Position numbers and translations under genes: made by a program. Shown here one piece after another: positions 20,184-29,220 of a stretch of DNA of 64,000 bases. Origin of the DNA: an uncultured Chloroflexia bacterium (GTDB taxonomy: Bacteria > Chloroflexota > Limnocylindria > Limnocylindrales > CSP1-4). The DNA lies in assembly GCA_963757595.1 (NCBI GenBank), contig CAVWRX010000003.1, positions 373,506-437,505 of the forward strand. Reading direction: 5' to 3'. The first letter of the stretch is position 1. Each line of letters begins with the position of its first letter. The notes beneath the pieces were generated by a model. That model was not told the DNA's origin, did not search any database, and worked only from the letters and a program-made list of their open reading frames with translations.

Positions 20184-23100
20184 GTGCAGACGATCGACGG
20201 CCGCCCGGTCTATGCGGCCACGGATCTGGTCGCGTATCTCGCCTGCGAGCACCTGACGGCGCTGGAGCGCTCGGCTCTCGCCGGCTTGGTGAAGCGGCCG
20301 ATGCGCGACGACCCGGAGCTCGACATCATCCGGAAGCGCGGGTTCGAGCACGAGCACCGCTATCTTGCCGAGCTGCAGGCGGCGGGCCGGACCGCGGTGA
20401 CCATCGAGCTGGACGGTTCGATCGAGGATCGCGGCGACCAGCTGCGGGCTGCGGCTGCCGAGACACGGTCCGCGATGGCAGCCGGAGCCGACATCATCTA
20501 CCAGGCGACGTTCTTCGACGGCACGTGGCGCGGCCACGCCGATTTCCTCCTGAGGGTCGACGATCCGGCCCGCCCCTCACGGTTCGGGCCGTACCACTAC
20601 GAGGTCGCCGATACGAAGCTCGCCCGCCACGTCAAGGCGAGCGCCGTCCTCCAGATCTGCACCTACGTGGATCTCCTCGAAGCCGTCCAGGGCGTGCGAC
20701 CGCGATGGATGCACGTGGCGCTGGGCGGCAGCACCCGGCTCGTGGAGCGCCTGCGGGTCGACGACTTCATGGCCTACTACCGGGCTGCCCGGAACGGATT
20801 CCTCCGGGCGATGACCGCCGAAGCCCCCGTCGTGTATCCGCCCGAAGACACGTACCCGGACCCGGTCGAGCATTGCGACGTCTGTCGGTGGGCGGCGGAG
20901 TGCGTCGCTCGGCGGCGGGCCGACGACCACCTGAGCCTCGTGGCCGGGATCTCGGCACGTCAGCGTCGGGCCCTGGTCGAACGCGGAACGACGACGTTGG
21001 CAGATCTCGGCCGTCTCGAGCTGCCGCTCCACCCGCCCCTCGAGGCCACGAGTGCCGGCGCCCTCGCGAGGGTCCGGGAGCAGGCGCGGATCCAGCTCGA
21101 GGGTCGCCTCGCCGGGGAGCCGAGGTACGAGCTCCTTCTCCCCGGTCCTGGTGCCGCGATCGATCCCGAACGCGGTCTCGCGAGCCTCCCGCCGCCCTCG
21201 CCGAACGACCTCTTCTTCGATATCGAAGGGGATCCCTACGCCTTCGATGACGGCCTCGACTACCTCTTCGGCGTCCTCGAGTCCAACGGTACGTTCCACG
21301 CCTTCTGGTCCCGCGAGCCCAACGGCGACTTCTCGCTTGCGGCCGAGCAACGCGCCTTCGAAGCGCTCATGGACTTCTTCGGCGCCCGGCGTGCCGCGGA
21401 CCCGACCATGCACATCTACCACTACGCGCCGTACGAACCGACCGCGCTGAAGCGGCTCATGGGCCGCTACGGCACGCGCGAGGACGAGGTCGACGGACTC
21501 CTGCGGGGGGGTGTCATGGTCGACCTGCTGCGCGCCGTCCGCCAGTCACTGCGCGCCTCCGTCGAGAGCTACTCCATCAAGAAGATGGAGCAGTTCTACG
21601 GGTTCGTCCGGGAGATCGACCTCCGGGACGCGGGGTCGAGCATCGTCGCCTTCGAACAATGGCTCGAGCTGGGCGAGGGCGAGCGGCCCGCGGCTACCCA
21701 CCTTGAGCGCATCGAGCGGTACAACCGTGACGACGTCGTCAGCAACCTTCGCCTGCGCGACTGGCTCGAGGAGCGACGCCATGACCTCGAAAGGCTCACC
21801 GGCCAGGAAGTGCCGCGGCCGGCGCTGCGCGTCGATGCGTTGCCGCCCGATCTGACCGAGGCACAGGAGACCGTCCAGCGCCTTGTCGCTGAACTCGCCG
21901 GGCCGGAAGTACCCGTCGATCCTGTCGACAGGACCGACGAGCAGCAGGCCCGCTGGCTCCTCGGCCAGCTCCTCGGGTGGCACCGGCGCGAGGACAAGGC
22001 AATGTGGTGGGACTTCCATCGGCTCATGGACCTGACACCGGAGCAGCTCGTCGACGAGCACGCACCGATCGGCCTGCTCGAACCCGTCGGCCCCCAGGGC
22101 GATGCCAGGAACGGGAAGCAAGTGTGGCGGTACGCGTTCCCGCCCCAGGACTTCGACATCGGGCGAGGGAGTGTCTCGGATCCGGCGAAGAAACAGTCGG
22201 ATCCGGGCGGCAGCCCGTTCAGCTGGAACGTCGGTGACGAAGCCGTCGCGGACGCCGCCGTCGGGACAGTAGATCTCCGGCGTGCAATCGAGGACCCGCA
22301 TCCGCGCGCGATCGTCCCCCTCGACTGGGTCCGGACCACCGATCTGCAGGGGTCCCTCGTCGACATCGCCGAGTGGGTGGCAGCCAACGGCATCGACGCC
22401 GACGGCCCGTATCGCGCCGCCCGTGATCTCCTCATCGGCCGGCGGCCGCGGGTCGGTCAGGGATCCGGCGACCCGGTCCGCCGCGCCGGAGAGTCGGCCC
22501 TGGACTGCGCACGGCGCGTCGTGCTGGAGCTCGATCAGACGACGCTTCCGATCCAGGGCCCGCCAGGCTCGGGCAAGACGTACACCGGGGCCCGCATGAT
22601 CCTCACCCTTCTCGCCGAGGGCCGGCGTGTCGGGATCACCGGAACCAGCCACCGGGTCATCGGCAACATGCTTCGGGCCGTGCTGAAAGCCACCGAGGAT
22701 CCGGCGGAGTCGGGGTTGGTCGACGTCCGGATCGTCCAGCGCGGGACCGTCGAGCAGGTCCTCGACGACCCGCGGGTCGCTCGTGGCAAGGACGCCGACG
22801 ACGTCCGGGCGCGGCTCCGGGATGGCCGGGCGAACGTCGCGGCGGGCACCCCCTGGCTCTGGGCATCGTCGAAGATGTCCGCGGCGGTCGATGTCCTGTT
22901 CGTCGACGAGGCCGGGCAGATCTCGCTGGCGAACGTGGTCGCAATCTCCCGTGCGACGGGCAGTCTCGTGCTCCTCGGCGACCCACAGCAGTTGGACCAG
23001 CCCATGCGGGGGTCGCATCCACCCGGTGCCGATCGGTCCGCCCTGGCCCACGTCCTTGCCGGACGCGCGACGATGCCGCCCGATCGCGGCCTCTTCCTCG

Positions 23101-23810
23101 AGACGACCTGGCGGCTCCACCCGGCCCTGTGCGACTTCACCTCGGAGGTCTTCTACGAAGATCGCCTCGAGCCTGAGCCGCATCTCGTCGTCCAGCGCCT
23201 CGTCGCTCCGGGGGCGGCCGTGGCAGACGGAGTGGGCCAGCGGCTCCTCGCAGTCGCCACGACGGGCGCAGACAACGAGTCGCCGTTCGAAGCCGGCGAG
23301 GTCGCCCGGGTTGCGCGGTCCCTGGTCGAGGCGGGCGCCACCTGGATCGACGAGGCCGGTGACCTGCAGCCCGTCACGTGGGACGAGGTGCTGATCGTCG
23401 CGCCATACAACGCCCAGGTCGGCGCCATCAAGCGGCTCCTCCCCCCGCAGGCGAGGGTCGGGACGGTCGACAAGTTCCAGGGGCAGGAGGCACCGGTCAG
23501 CATCTACTCCCTCACAACATCCAGCTCGGAGCTCGCGCCGCGCGGCATGGATTTCCTGTATTCGCGGAATCGGCTCAACGTCGCCACCTCGCGTGCCCGC
23601 TGCATCACGATCGTTGCCGCGTCGCCCGACCTGTTGCGAGTTCGTGCCCGCACCCCTGACCAGATGCGACTGGCAAACGCGCTCTGCCGGTATGTGGAGC
23701 TGGCTGCCCAGGGTGGCCCGTCTGGGCCACCTGGCCCGGGAGCACCATCGTCGGGCGCCGACCGGGGTCCCACCGGGGCGGTCGTGGAGGTGCTCGAGTT
23801 CGGTCTCTGA
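20184..23810 (+). CDS. TM0106-family RecB-like nuclease (Cas4-like PD-(D/E)xK with a Cys cluster, plus an RNase H-like domain) fused to an SF1 (DNA2/Upf1-like) helicase
   Basis: N-terminus YEVADTKLARHVKASAVLQICTY plus CDVCRWAAEC (Fe-S-type Cys cluster). RNase H-like LFFDIEGDPY ... HIYHYAPYEPTALKRL. Helicase Walker A (IQGPPGSGKTYTGA), Walker B (VLFVDEAGQISL) and VDKFQGQEAPVSIYSL ... NVATSRAR. Confidence 0.7.
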   Translation: MQTIDGRPVYAATDLVAYLACEHLTALERSALAGLVKRPMRDDPELDIIRKRGFEHEHRYLAELQAAGRTAVTIELDGSIEDRGDQLRAAAAETRSAMAAGADIIYQATFFDGTWRGHADFLLRVDDPARPSRFGPYHYEVADTKLARHVKASAVLQICTYVDLLEAVQGVRPRWMHVALGGSTRLVERLRVDDFMAYYRAARNGFLRAMTAEAPVVYPPEDTYPDPVEHCDVCRWAAECVARRRADDHLSLVAGISARQRRALVERGTTTLADLGRLELPLHPPLEATSAGALARVREQARIQLEGRLAGEPRYELLLPGPGAAIDPERGLASLPPPSPNDLFFDIEGDPYAFDDGLDYLFGVLESNGTFHAFWSREPNGDFSLAAEQRAFEALMDFFGARRAADPTMHIYHYAPYEPTALKRLMGRYGTREDEVDGLLRGGVMVDLLRAVRQSLRASVESYSIKKMEQFYGFVREIDLRDAGSSIVAFEQWLELGEGERPAATHLERIERYNRDDVVSNLRLRDWLEERRHDLERLTGQEVPRPALRVDALPPDLTEAQETVQRLVAELAGPEVPVDPVDRTDEQQARWLLGQLLGWHRREDKAMWWDFHRLMDLTPEQLVDEHAPIGLLEPVGPQGDARNGKQVWRYAFPPQDFDIGRGSVSDPAKKQSDPGGSPFSWNVGDEAVADAAVGTVDLRRAIEDPHPRAIVPLDWVRTTDLQGSLVDIAEWVAANGIDADGPYRAARDLLIGRRPRVGQGSGDPVRRAGESALDCARRVVLELDQTTLPIQGPPGSGKTYTGARMILTLLAEGRRVGITGTSHRVIGNMLRAVLKATEDPAESGLVDVRIVQRGTVEQVLDDPRVARGKDADDVRARLRDGRANVAAGTPWLWASSKMSAAVDVLFVDEAGQISLANVVAISRATGSLVLLGDPQQLDQPMRGSHPPGADRSALAHVLAGRATMPPDRGLFLETTWRLHPALCDFTSEVFYEDRLEPEPHLVVQRLVAPGAAVADGVGQRLLAVATTGADNESPFEAGEVARVARSLVEAGATWIDEAGDLQPVTWDEVLIVAPYNAQVGAIKRLLPPQARVGTVDKFQGQEAPVSIYSLTTSSSELAPRGMDFLYSRNRLNVATSRARCITIVAASPDLLRVRARTPDQMRLANALCRYVELAAQGGPSGPPGPGAPSSGADRGPTGAVVEVLEFGL

Positions 23811-23854
23811 CGACGCCACCATCCCCGGCCGGAACACCCGTCCGGGTTGCCGCA

Positions 23855-25150
23855 TCAGCCCCGCGGGCCGAGCTCCGTGACGACCCAGGCCGCGAGGACG
23901 CGGGCGCAGGCGACCACGTCATCGAGCGGGATGGCTTCGTCGGCGACATGGGCCCGGTTGATGTGGCCGGGCCCGAAGATGACGGTCGGCGTCCGGCCCT
24001 CGTTGACGAGCAGGCGCATGTCCGCCCCATAGGGCTCACCGATCATTGCGGGCCGACGCCCGAGAATCCCCTCGGCGGCACGCGCCAAGGAGATCGGGAG
24101 CGGGTGGTCGGGCGCCACCCGCGCCGATGAGAAGCGACCGCCGACGATCTCGACAACCGGCGGGTGCTCCCGCATGAACGGGTCGGCCTCGGCGGCCGCG
24201 TCAATCACGCGTCGAAGGCGCGCCTCGGCATCACGCCACGTCTCGCCGAGGGCCACCCCGTAGCGACCGTCGGCCTCGACCCTGTCCATGACCATCGAGG
24301 CCCAATCCCCACCCTGGACCTTGCCCAGGATCGTGGGGTACGGCAGCCCGAGCGCGGTCATGAGCGGATCCGTTTCGGCGGCGTTCCGCTCGGCCTCGTC
24401 GCGCTCCAGTGCGCGGGCGAGGACCATGAGCTCATCCAGGGCGGACACGCCACCCCGGCGCATCGAGGCGTGGGCCGCCTTTCCCGGGACCGTCAGCCGG
24501 AACGTGACGGCGCCCGCATGGGCGATGACGAGATCGAGGTCGGTCGGCTCGGTGATGATCGCCATGTCGCCGGTCACGCCAGACCGGATGGCCGAGAGCA
24601 TCCCTTGACCGCCGTCCTCTTCGGAGGGCACGAACGCGACCAGCAGCTCTCCGTCGAGAGCCTCGGCCACGTCCAATTCGGCGATGGCGCGGACCGCGGC
24701 GAGGATCGAGGCGCAGCCGCCCTTCATGTCGACGGCACCGCGACCCCACAGCCAGCCGTCCCGGATCTCGGCTCCCCACGGATCGACCGTCCATGTCGCG
24801 GAATCACCGATGGGGACGACGTCGGTGTGACCGACGAGCACGACGCGCCGCCCACCGGGTCGGCCGAGCCGGCCGACGACGACGGGCAGCTCGGTCCGCG
24901 GCATCTCCTCACCCGGCCAGTCGGGGTCGGTCGCGGCGAACTGGGCCGGGTCGGTCTCGACCCGCTCCACCCGACAGCCGGCATCCCGGAGCAGCTCGGC
25001 GACGAGGTCCTGGACGGCTCGCTCGTCGCCGGTCACGCTTGGCGTCCGGACCATGCGAATCAGGTCGTCGACGGCCCGAACCGGGTCGACGGCATCCGCC
25101 GCTCGCCGCGCGACGTCGGAGAGGTCCCAGGCCCCCCTCGGATCAGCCAC
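23855..25150 (-). CDS. M20 family metallopeptidase (ArgE/DapE/ACY1/CPG2 family)
   Basis: Metal-binding motifs (VLVGHTDVVP ... GRGAVDMKGG ... PSEEDGGQG). Confidence 0.75.
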   Translation of the reverse strand: MADPRGAWDLSDVARRAADAVDPVRAVDDLIRMVRTPSVTGDERAVQDLVAELLRDAGCRVERVETDPAQFAATDPDWPGEEMPRTELPVVVGRLGRPGGRRVVLVGHTDVVPIGDSATWTVDPWGAEIRDGWLWGRGAVDMKGGCASILAAVRAIAELDVAEALDGELLVAFVPSEEDGGQGMLSAIRSGVTGDMAIITEPTDLDLVIAHAGAVTFRLTVPGKAAHASMRRGGVSALDELMVLARALERDEAERNAAETDPLMTALGLPYPTILGKVQGGDWASMVMDRVEADGRYGVALGETWRDAEARLRRVIDAAAEADPFMREHPPVVEIVGGRFSSARVAPDHPLPISLARAAEGILGRRPAMIGEPYGADMRLLVNEGRTPTVIFGPGHINRAHVADEAIPLDDVVACARVLAAWVVTELGPRG

Positions 25151-25973
25151 GAAGGATCGGCCTCGTCATGCACGTCGGCCCGCCTGAGCCGTTGATCCCG
25201 ATCTCCGTGGCGGGGTACGTATGGACTTCGCAGCCGGCCCCGGCCAGGGCCGCGGCGGTGGCCGGATTGCCCTCGGCCAGGATCACGACCCCCGGCCTGA
25301 CCGCGAGGACGTTGCAGCCCAGGGTGCCGAACTCCTCCTCCGGGACTGCGATCGTTCGGATCCCGAGATCCGCGAGCAGCTCCCAAAGCCCGACCGGGAG
25401 GAGCGGCAGGAAGACGACCGCGAGGTCGTCGGCGACCGGCGAGATGAGGGACAGCAGGTGGATGAGATCCTGGCCGCCGCGCCAGTAGGGCACGTCGAAG
25501 ACCCGGACGTCCCCGCCCACGATCTCCGCCAGCTGGCGGACGCCTTCCGCGTTGGTCCGGAGGGTGCGGCCGATGCACAGCAGATCGGGCCGCAGCCAGA
25601 ACGTATCGCCGCCTTCGATCGTGCCCGGCGGCTCGATCCGACCTGCGGTCGGAATGCCCGTGGCGCGGGTCCAGGTCTCGAGGACCCCCGGCTCGCCACG
25701 ACGGTTCGGCTTGCCCGGCCGAAGCGGGATCGCACCGGTGTCCGCCACGAGCAGCGGGTCGAAGGTGTAGACGAGGTCCGGATCGTCCGTCTCGACCCCG
25801 AGCTCGTGGACGCGCGGCCCGAGTGAGCCGAGCACCTCGACGAACCGGTCGTGTTCCGCCTGGGCGAGGGCGAGGTCGACCGAGTGGAGGAAGGCGTGCG
25901 CCGGGTTGGCGAATGCCGCCCCGAACGCCGCTCCCGGCCGCTTGACGAGGGCCTCCCCGAGCGGGGCCGTCAT
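25143..25973 (-). CDS. Dimethylarginine dimethylaminohydrolase family protein (amidinotransferase superfamily)
   Basis: Start MTAPLGEALVKRP at 25973. The C-terminus carries the catalytic Cys motif (GSGGPTCMTRPILRG). Overlaps the M20 gene by 8 bp. Confidence 0.6.
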   Translation of the reverse strand: MTAPLGEALVKRPGAAFGAAFANPAHAFLHSVDLALAQAEHDRFVEVLGSLGPRVHELGVETDDPDLVYTFDPLLVADTGAIPLRPGKPNRRGEPGVLETWTRATGIPTAGRIEPPGTIEGGDTFWLRPDLLCIGRTLRTNAEGVRQLAEIVGGDVRVFDVPYWRGGQDLIHLLSLISPVADDLAVVFLPLLPVGLWELLADLGIRTIAVPEEEFGTLGCNVLAVRPGVVILAEGNPATAAALAGAGCEVHTYPATEIGINGSGGPTCMTRPILRG

Positions 25974-26023
25974 GCTCTGGGCGCCGTAGGCCCGAACCTC
26001 GACGGGTGCCACCCTCGTTACGC

Positions 26024-27295
26024 TCAGCCGGGGCCGATTCCGGCCGCCACGCGTCCGCCGGCCGCAATCCGCGCAAGCGCCACGAGCAGGCGATCCACTT
26101 CCTCGACGGTGTTGTAGTGGGTCAGGCCGATCCGGACCACCCCGCCCGACGCGGCCAGGCCGAGGCGCTCGATGAGGCCCGTGGCGTAGAAATCGCCGTC
26201 CCAGACCGCGATCCCCTCGTCGCCGAGCGCTTGCGCGACCGCCCGCGGCGTCGCGCCCTTGACGGTGAGGGCTGCGGTGGGCGTCCGCCGCTGGAACTCG
26301 GCCGGATCCGTGATGCCGAAGAGCCGGACCCCGTCGAGCGCCGCCAGGCCGTCGTGGAGGTGCCGGTAGACCGCCATCTCGGACTCCCGGATCGCCGTCA
26401 TCGCGGCGACGAGCTTCTCGCGGCGGCCGGCGGCGTCCGAAGCGCCCGCCATGACCCCGACGTCTTCGAGGTATCGGACCGCCGCGAGCGCCCCGGCCTG
26501 GCCTTCGAAATTGCCGGTTCCGGTCTCGAAACGGGAGTCGGCCGGTCGAACCTTGTAGGCCGGCAGGCCCTCGAGGGTTGCCCGCCGGCCGTACACGACG
26601 CCGAGATGCGGGCCGAAGAACTTGTACGTCGAGCAGGCCACGAAGTCGGCGTCGACGGCACGGGCGTCGATGGACACGTGCGGCGCGGCATGCACGGCAT
26701 CGATGTAGGCCCAGGCGCCGACGGAGTGAGTGAGGCGAACGATCTCGGCGACCGGGTTGATCGTTCCCACCGCGTTGGACGCCCAGCCTGCGGCCACGAG
26801 TCGCGTGCGCGGCGAGAGCAGGGCGCGCAGGTCGTCCAGGTCCAGGGTGCAGTCGTCGAGTCGCGGCTCCCACCAGCGGACGACCAGACCACGATCACCG
26901 GCCGCCGCGATCCACGGGTCCACGTTCGCAGCGTGATCCAGGCCGGTGAGGACGATCTCGTCACCCGGGGCGAAGGTCGCCGTAATGGACCGGCTGACAT
27001 GGAAGGTCAGCGTCGTCATGTTGGCCCCGACGATGATCTCGTCCGGGTCGACGCCCAGGAAATCGGCCAGGCCAGCGTGCGCCTCGTCGACGACCGCGTC
27101 GGATAGGCGTGAGGTCGCGAACGCGCCTTCGTGATTCGCGTTCGAGGTCCGGTAGTACGTGGCGACCGCGTCGATCACGGTCTCCGGGACCTGCGTGCCT
27201 CCGGGACCATCGAAGTAGACGAAGGGCCGGCCGGCGTGCTGGAGCGAAAGAGCCGGAAATCGTGCGCGCAGGGCGTCGACATCGAGGTTGGTCAT
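26024..27295 (-). CDS. Aminotransferase class V / cysteine desulfurase family protein
   Basis: Starts MTNLDVDALRARFPAL at 27295. Shows the PLP-lysine region (FVACSTYKFFGPHLGVVY) and ends ... RIGLTHYNTVEEVDRLL. Confidence 0.75.
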   Translation of the reverse strand: MTNLDVDALRARFPALSLQHAGRPFVYFDGPGGTQVPETVIDAVATYYRTSNANHEGAFATSRLSDAVVDEAHAGLADFLGVDPDEIIVGANMTTLTFHVSRSITATFAPGDEIVLTGLDHAANVDPWIAAAGDRGLVVRWWEPRLDDCTLDLDDLRALLSPRTRLVAAGWASNAVGTINPVAEIVRLTHSVGAWAYIDAVHAAPHVSIDARAVDADFVACSTYKFFGPHLGVVYGRRATLEGLPAYKVRPADSRFETGTGNFEGQAGALAAVRYLEDVGVMAGASDAAGRREKLVAAMTAIRESEMAVYRHLHDGLAALDGVRLFGITDPAEFQRRTPTAALTVKGATPRAVAQALGDEGIAVWDGDFYATGLIERLGLAASGGVVRIGLTHYNTVEEVDRLLVALARIAAGGRVAAGIGPG

Positions 27296-27377
27296 GCCGT
27301 CGATGCTAGCGGTCGAGGGCCTGACGCGCGCGGCACGATTGTTGGCCGCGCAACCAGCGTCGAGTAGGATGTGAGGC

Positions 27378-27932
27378 ATGAGCGAAGCCGGAAACCTCGG
27401 GACGCACCCGCGAGACCTCGACCTGGGGCCTTGGCGCGCGTTCCTCCGCGCGCATTCGCGGGTCGCCCGGCGCCTTGACGAAGATCTCCGCAGCCGGCAC
27501 GCCCTCTCCCTCCAGGAGTACGAGACGCTGCTCCACCTCGCGGAGGCGCCCGACCGGCGGCTCCGCATGGGACGCCTCGCGGATTCCCTGCTGCTGTCCA
27601 AGAGCGGCGTGACGCGCCTGGTGGACCGGCTCGTCGATGATGGGCTCGTGGAACGCACGAGCTGCTCGAGCGATGCCCGCGGCGCCGAGGCATCGCTCAC
27701 CGGGACCGGGCTGGCCCGCCTGCGCGCCGCGGCCCCCACGCACCTCGCCGGCATCCGCGACCACTTCTATGCCGCGATCGAAGTCGCTGACGTGCCGGTC
27801 GTCGAACGGGCGATGGACGCGGTCTCGGAACGCATCGGCGCCTGCGCGGGTACCTGCGACCACGCCGTCGATGCCGTTCCGGGGAGCCGCGAGACGGCAT
27901 CACCCGAGGCGGAGACCCCCGCACGAACCTGA
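27378..27932 (+). CDS. MarR family transcriptional regulator
   Basis: Winged HTH (LSLQEYETLLHLAEAPDRRLRMGRLADSLLLSKSGVTRLVDRLVDDGLVER). Divergent from the class-V aminotransferase. Confidence 0.75.
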   Translation: MSEAGNLGTHPRDLDLGPWRAFLRAHSRVARRLDEDLRSRHALSLQEYETLLHLAEAPDRRLRMGRLADSLLLSKSGVTRLVDRLVDDGLVERTSCSSDARGAEASLTGTGLARLRAAAPTHLAGIRDHFYAAIEVADVPVVERAMDAVSERIGACAGTCDHAVDAVPGSRETASPEAETPART

Positions 27933-28714
27933 TCCGCGGCCTCGGCGCCCCGGCCGGGCGCCTCCTGGCCGGCACCTCCGGCTTCGCGTACCCCGACTGG
28001 ACGCCGCGCTTCTATCCCCCAGCCGTCGCCGACTCCGGGCGGCTTGCCTGGTACGCCTCGCGCCTGCCGGCCGTCGAGCTGAACAACACCTTCTACCAGC
28101 GCCCCACGGCGGAGCGGATCGCCGCCTGGATCGCTGCGGTCCCGCCGGGATTCCGGTTCGTCGTGAAAGCCCAGCGCGGAGCGTCGATGCGGGCCCTGGG
28201 CGTCGACGCCGCCGAGAGCGTGGCCTGGCTGACGGAGCGCCTCGGTGGCTTCGGAGAGCGCCTCGGCGCCGTCCTCTATCGCGTGCCCGCGAACGTCCAT
28301 CGGAAGGACGACGGAAGCTCGGACGAGGCGCTCCGCCGGCTCTGCGGCGCCTGGCCACGCAACGTGCCGCTCGTCCTGGAGTTCCAGCACGCCTCCTGGC
28401 ATGTCGACGAGACGTTCGCGGCACTCCGTGATTCCGGCGGGGTCCTCTGTGCGACCGAGGCACCCGAGGACGCGTCTCCGCCGGATATCCGGGTCACGGG
28501 GACGGGGCTGTACCTCCGACTCCGCCGGCACGACTACACGCCGGTCGAGATCGAGGCCTGGGCGCGCCGGCTCGAACCATTCCTCGATGCCGGCCACCCG
28601 GCGCTCGTCTTCTTCCGCCACAATTCGACGGGCCGCGCGACGGAGCTCGCGGCCGATCTCGCCCGGGCCCTCGGCGACCGGGCCCTCGGGATGGACGCCG
28701 CCGCCAGCTCCTGA
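27932..28714 (+). CDS. DUF72 domain-containing protein. No canonical start codon is present
   Basis: The frame is open from 27791. The DUF72 N-terminus (LLAGTSGFAYPDWTPRFYP ... LAWYASRLPAVELNNTFYQ) lies upstream of the first ATG/GTG/TTG at 28163, so the real start is non-canonical or lost to an indel. Confidence 0.55.
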   Translation: MRGLGAPAGRLLAGTSGFAYPDWTPRFYPPAVADSGRLAWYASRLPAVELNNTFYQRPTAERIAAWIAAVPPGFRFVVKAQRGASMRALGVDAAESVAWLTERLGGFGERLGAVLYRVPANVHRKDDGSSDEALRRLCGAWPRNVPLVLEFQHASWHVDETFAALRDSGGVLCATEAPEDASPPDIRVTGTGLYLRLRRHDYTPVEIEAWARRLEPFLDAGHPALVFFRHNSTGRATELAADLARALGDRALGMDAAASS

Positions 28715-29125
28715 TCAGGACGCCGCGGCCCCGTGGGCACGGTGCTCGTTGTGGTCGGCGCGATGGGTGTACTCGGCCGGCCCGAAGAAGACCAGGATCG
28801 ACAGGTCCTCGCTGACGTCGTGAAACCGATGGACGGTATCGGCCGCCACTAAGATCACCGATCCCGGGCCCACCGGTGCGTCGTCCTCATCGACCCGCAC
28901 CCACGCCCGACCGGCGACCACGTAATAGACCTCGTCCTCCGTGTGTGGACCCTGCGGGTCGATCGCTCCGGCCGCGAGCTCATAGAGGCCGACCGACAGG
29001 TCGTGGGTCCGGATGAACTCGTGATACAGGCGGCCCGCCGCCTCACGATCGGCACGAAGCTGCGCCAGATCGAACGCTTCCATCAACGCCTCCCGATCCA
29101 TCGGCATCTGATTCGACAAGGCCAT
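28715..29125 (-). CDS. Cupin domain-containing protein
   Basis: 136 aa with a cupin core (EDEVYYVVAGRAWVRVDE ... PGSVILVAADTVHRF). Confidence 0.6.
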   Translation of the reverse strand: MALSNQMPMDREALMEAFDLAQLRADREAAGRLYHEFIRTHDLSVGLYELAAGAIDPQGPHTEDEVYYVVAGRAWVRVDEDDAPVGPGSVILVAADTVHRFHDVSEDLSILVFFGPAEYTHRADHNEHRAHGAAAS

Positions 29126-29162
29126 CGTAGGGTCTCGCGCGGCCCGGCCGTCGGTTGGTCAG

Positions 29163-29220
29163 GCGGCGGCGGTCAGACGGCGGTTGGTCTGGCGGCGGCG
29201 GTCAGGCCCCGGCGACGGTC
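29163..29220. repeat. Tandem direct repeat of ~29 bp, two copies (GGTTGGTC[A/T]GGCGGCGGCGGTCAG ...)
   Basis: Read directly at 29163..29220, in the gap between the FTR1 stop and the cupin start. Confidence 0.6.

Noticed and set aside
23801-23860. Possible hairpin (CCCGGCCGG...CCGTCCGGG) between the convergent helicase and M20 genes as a bidirectional terminator
   Set aside because: The stem is imperfect and has no adjacent T-tract. Too weak to call.
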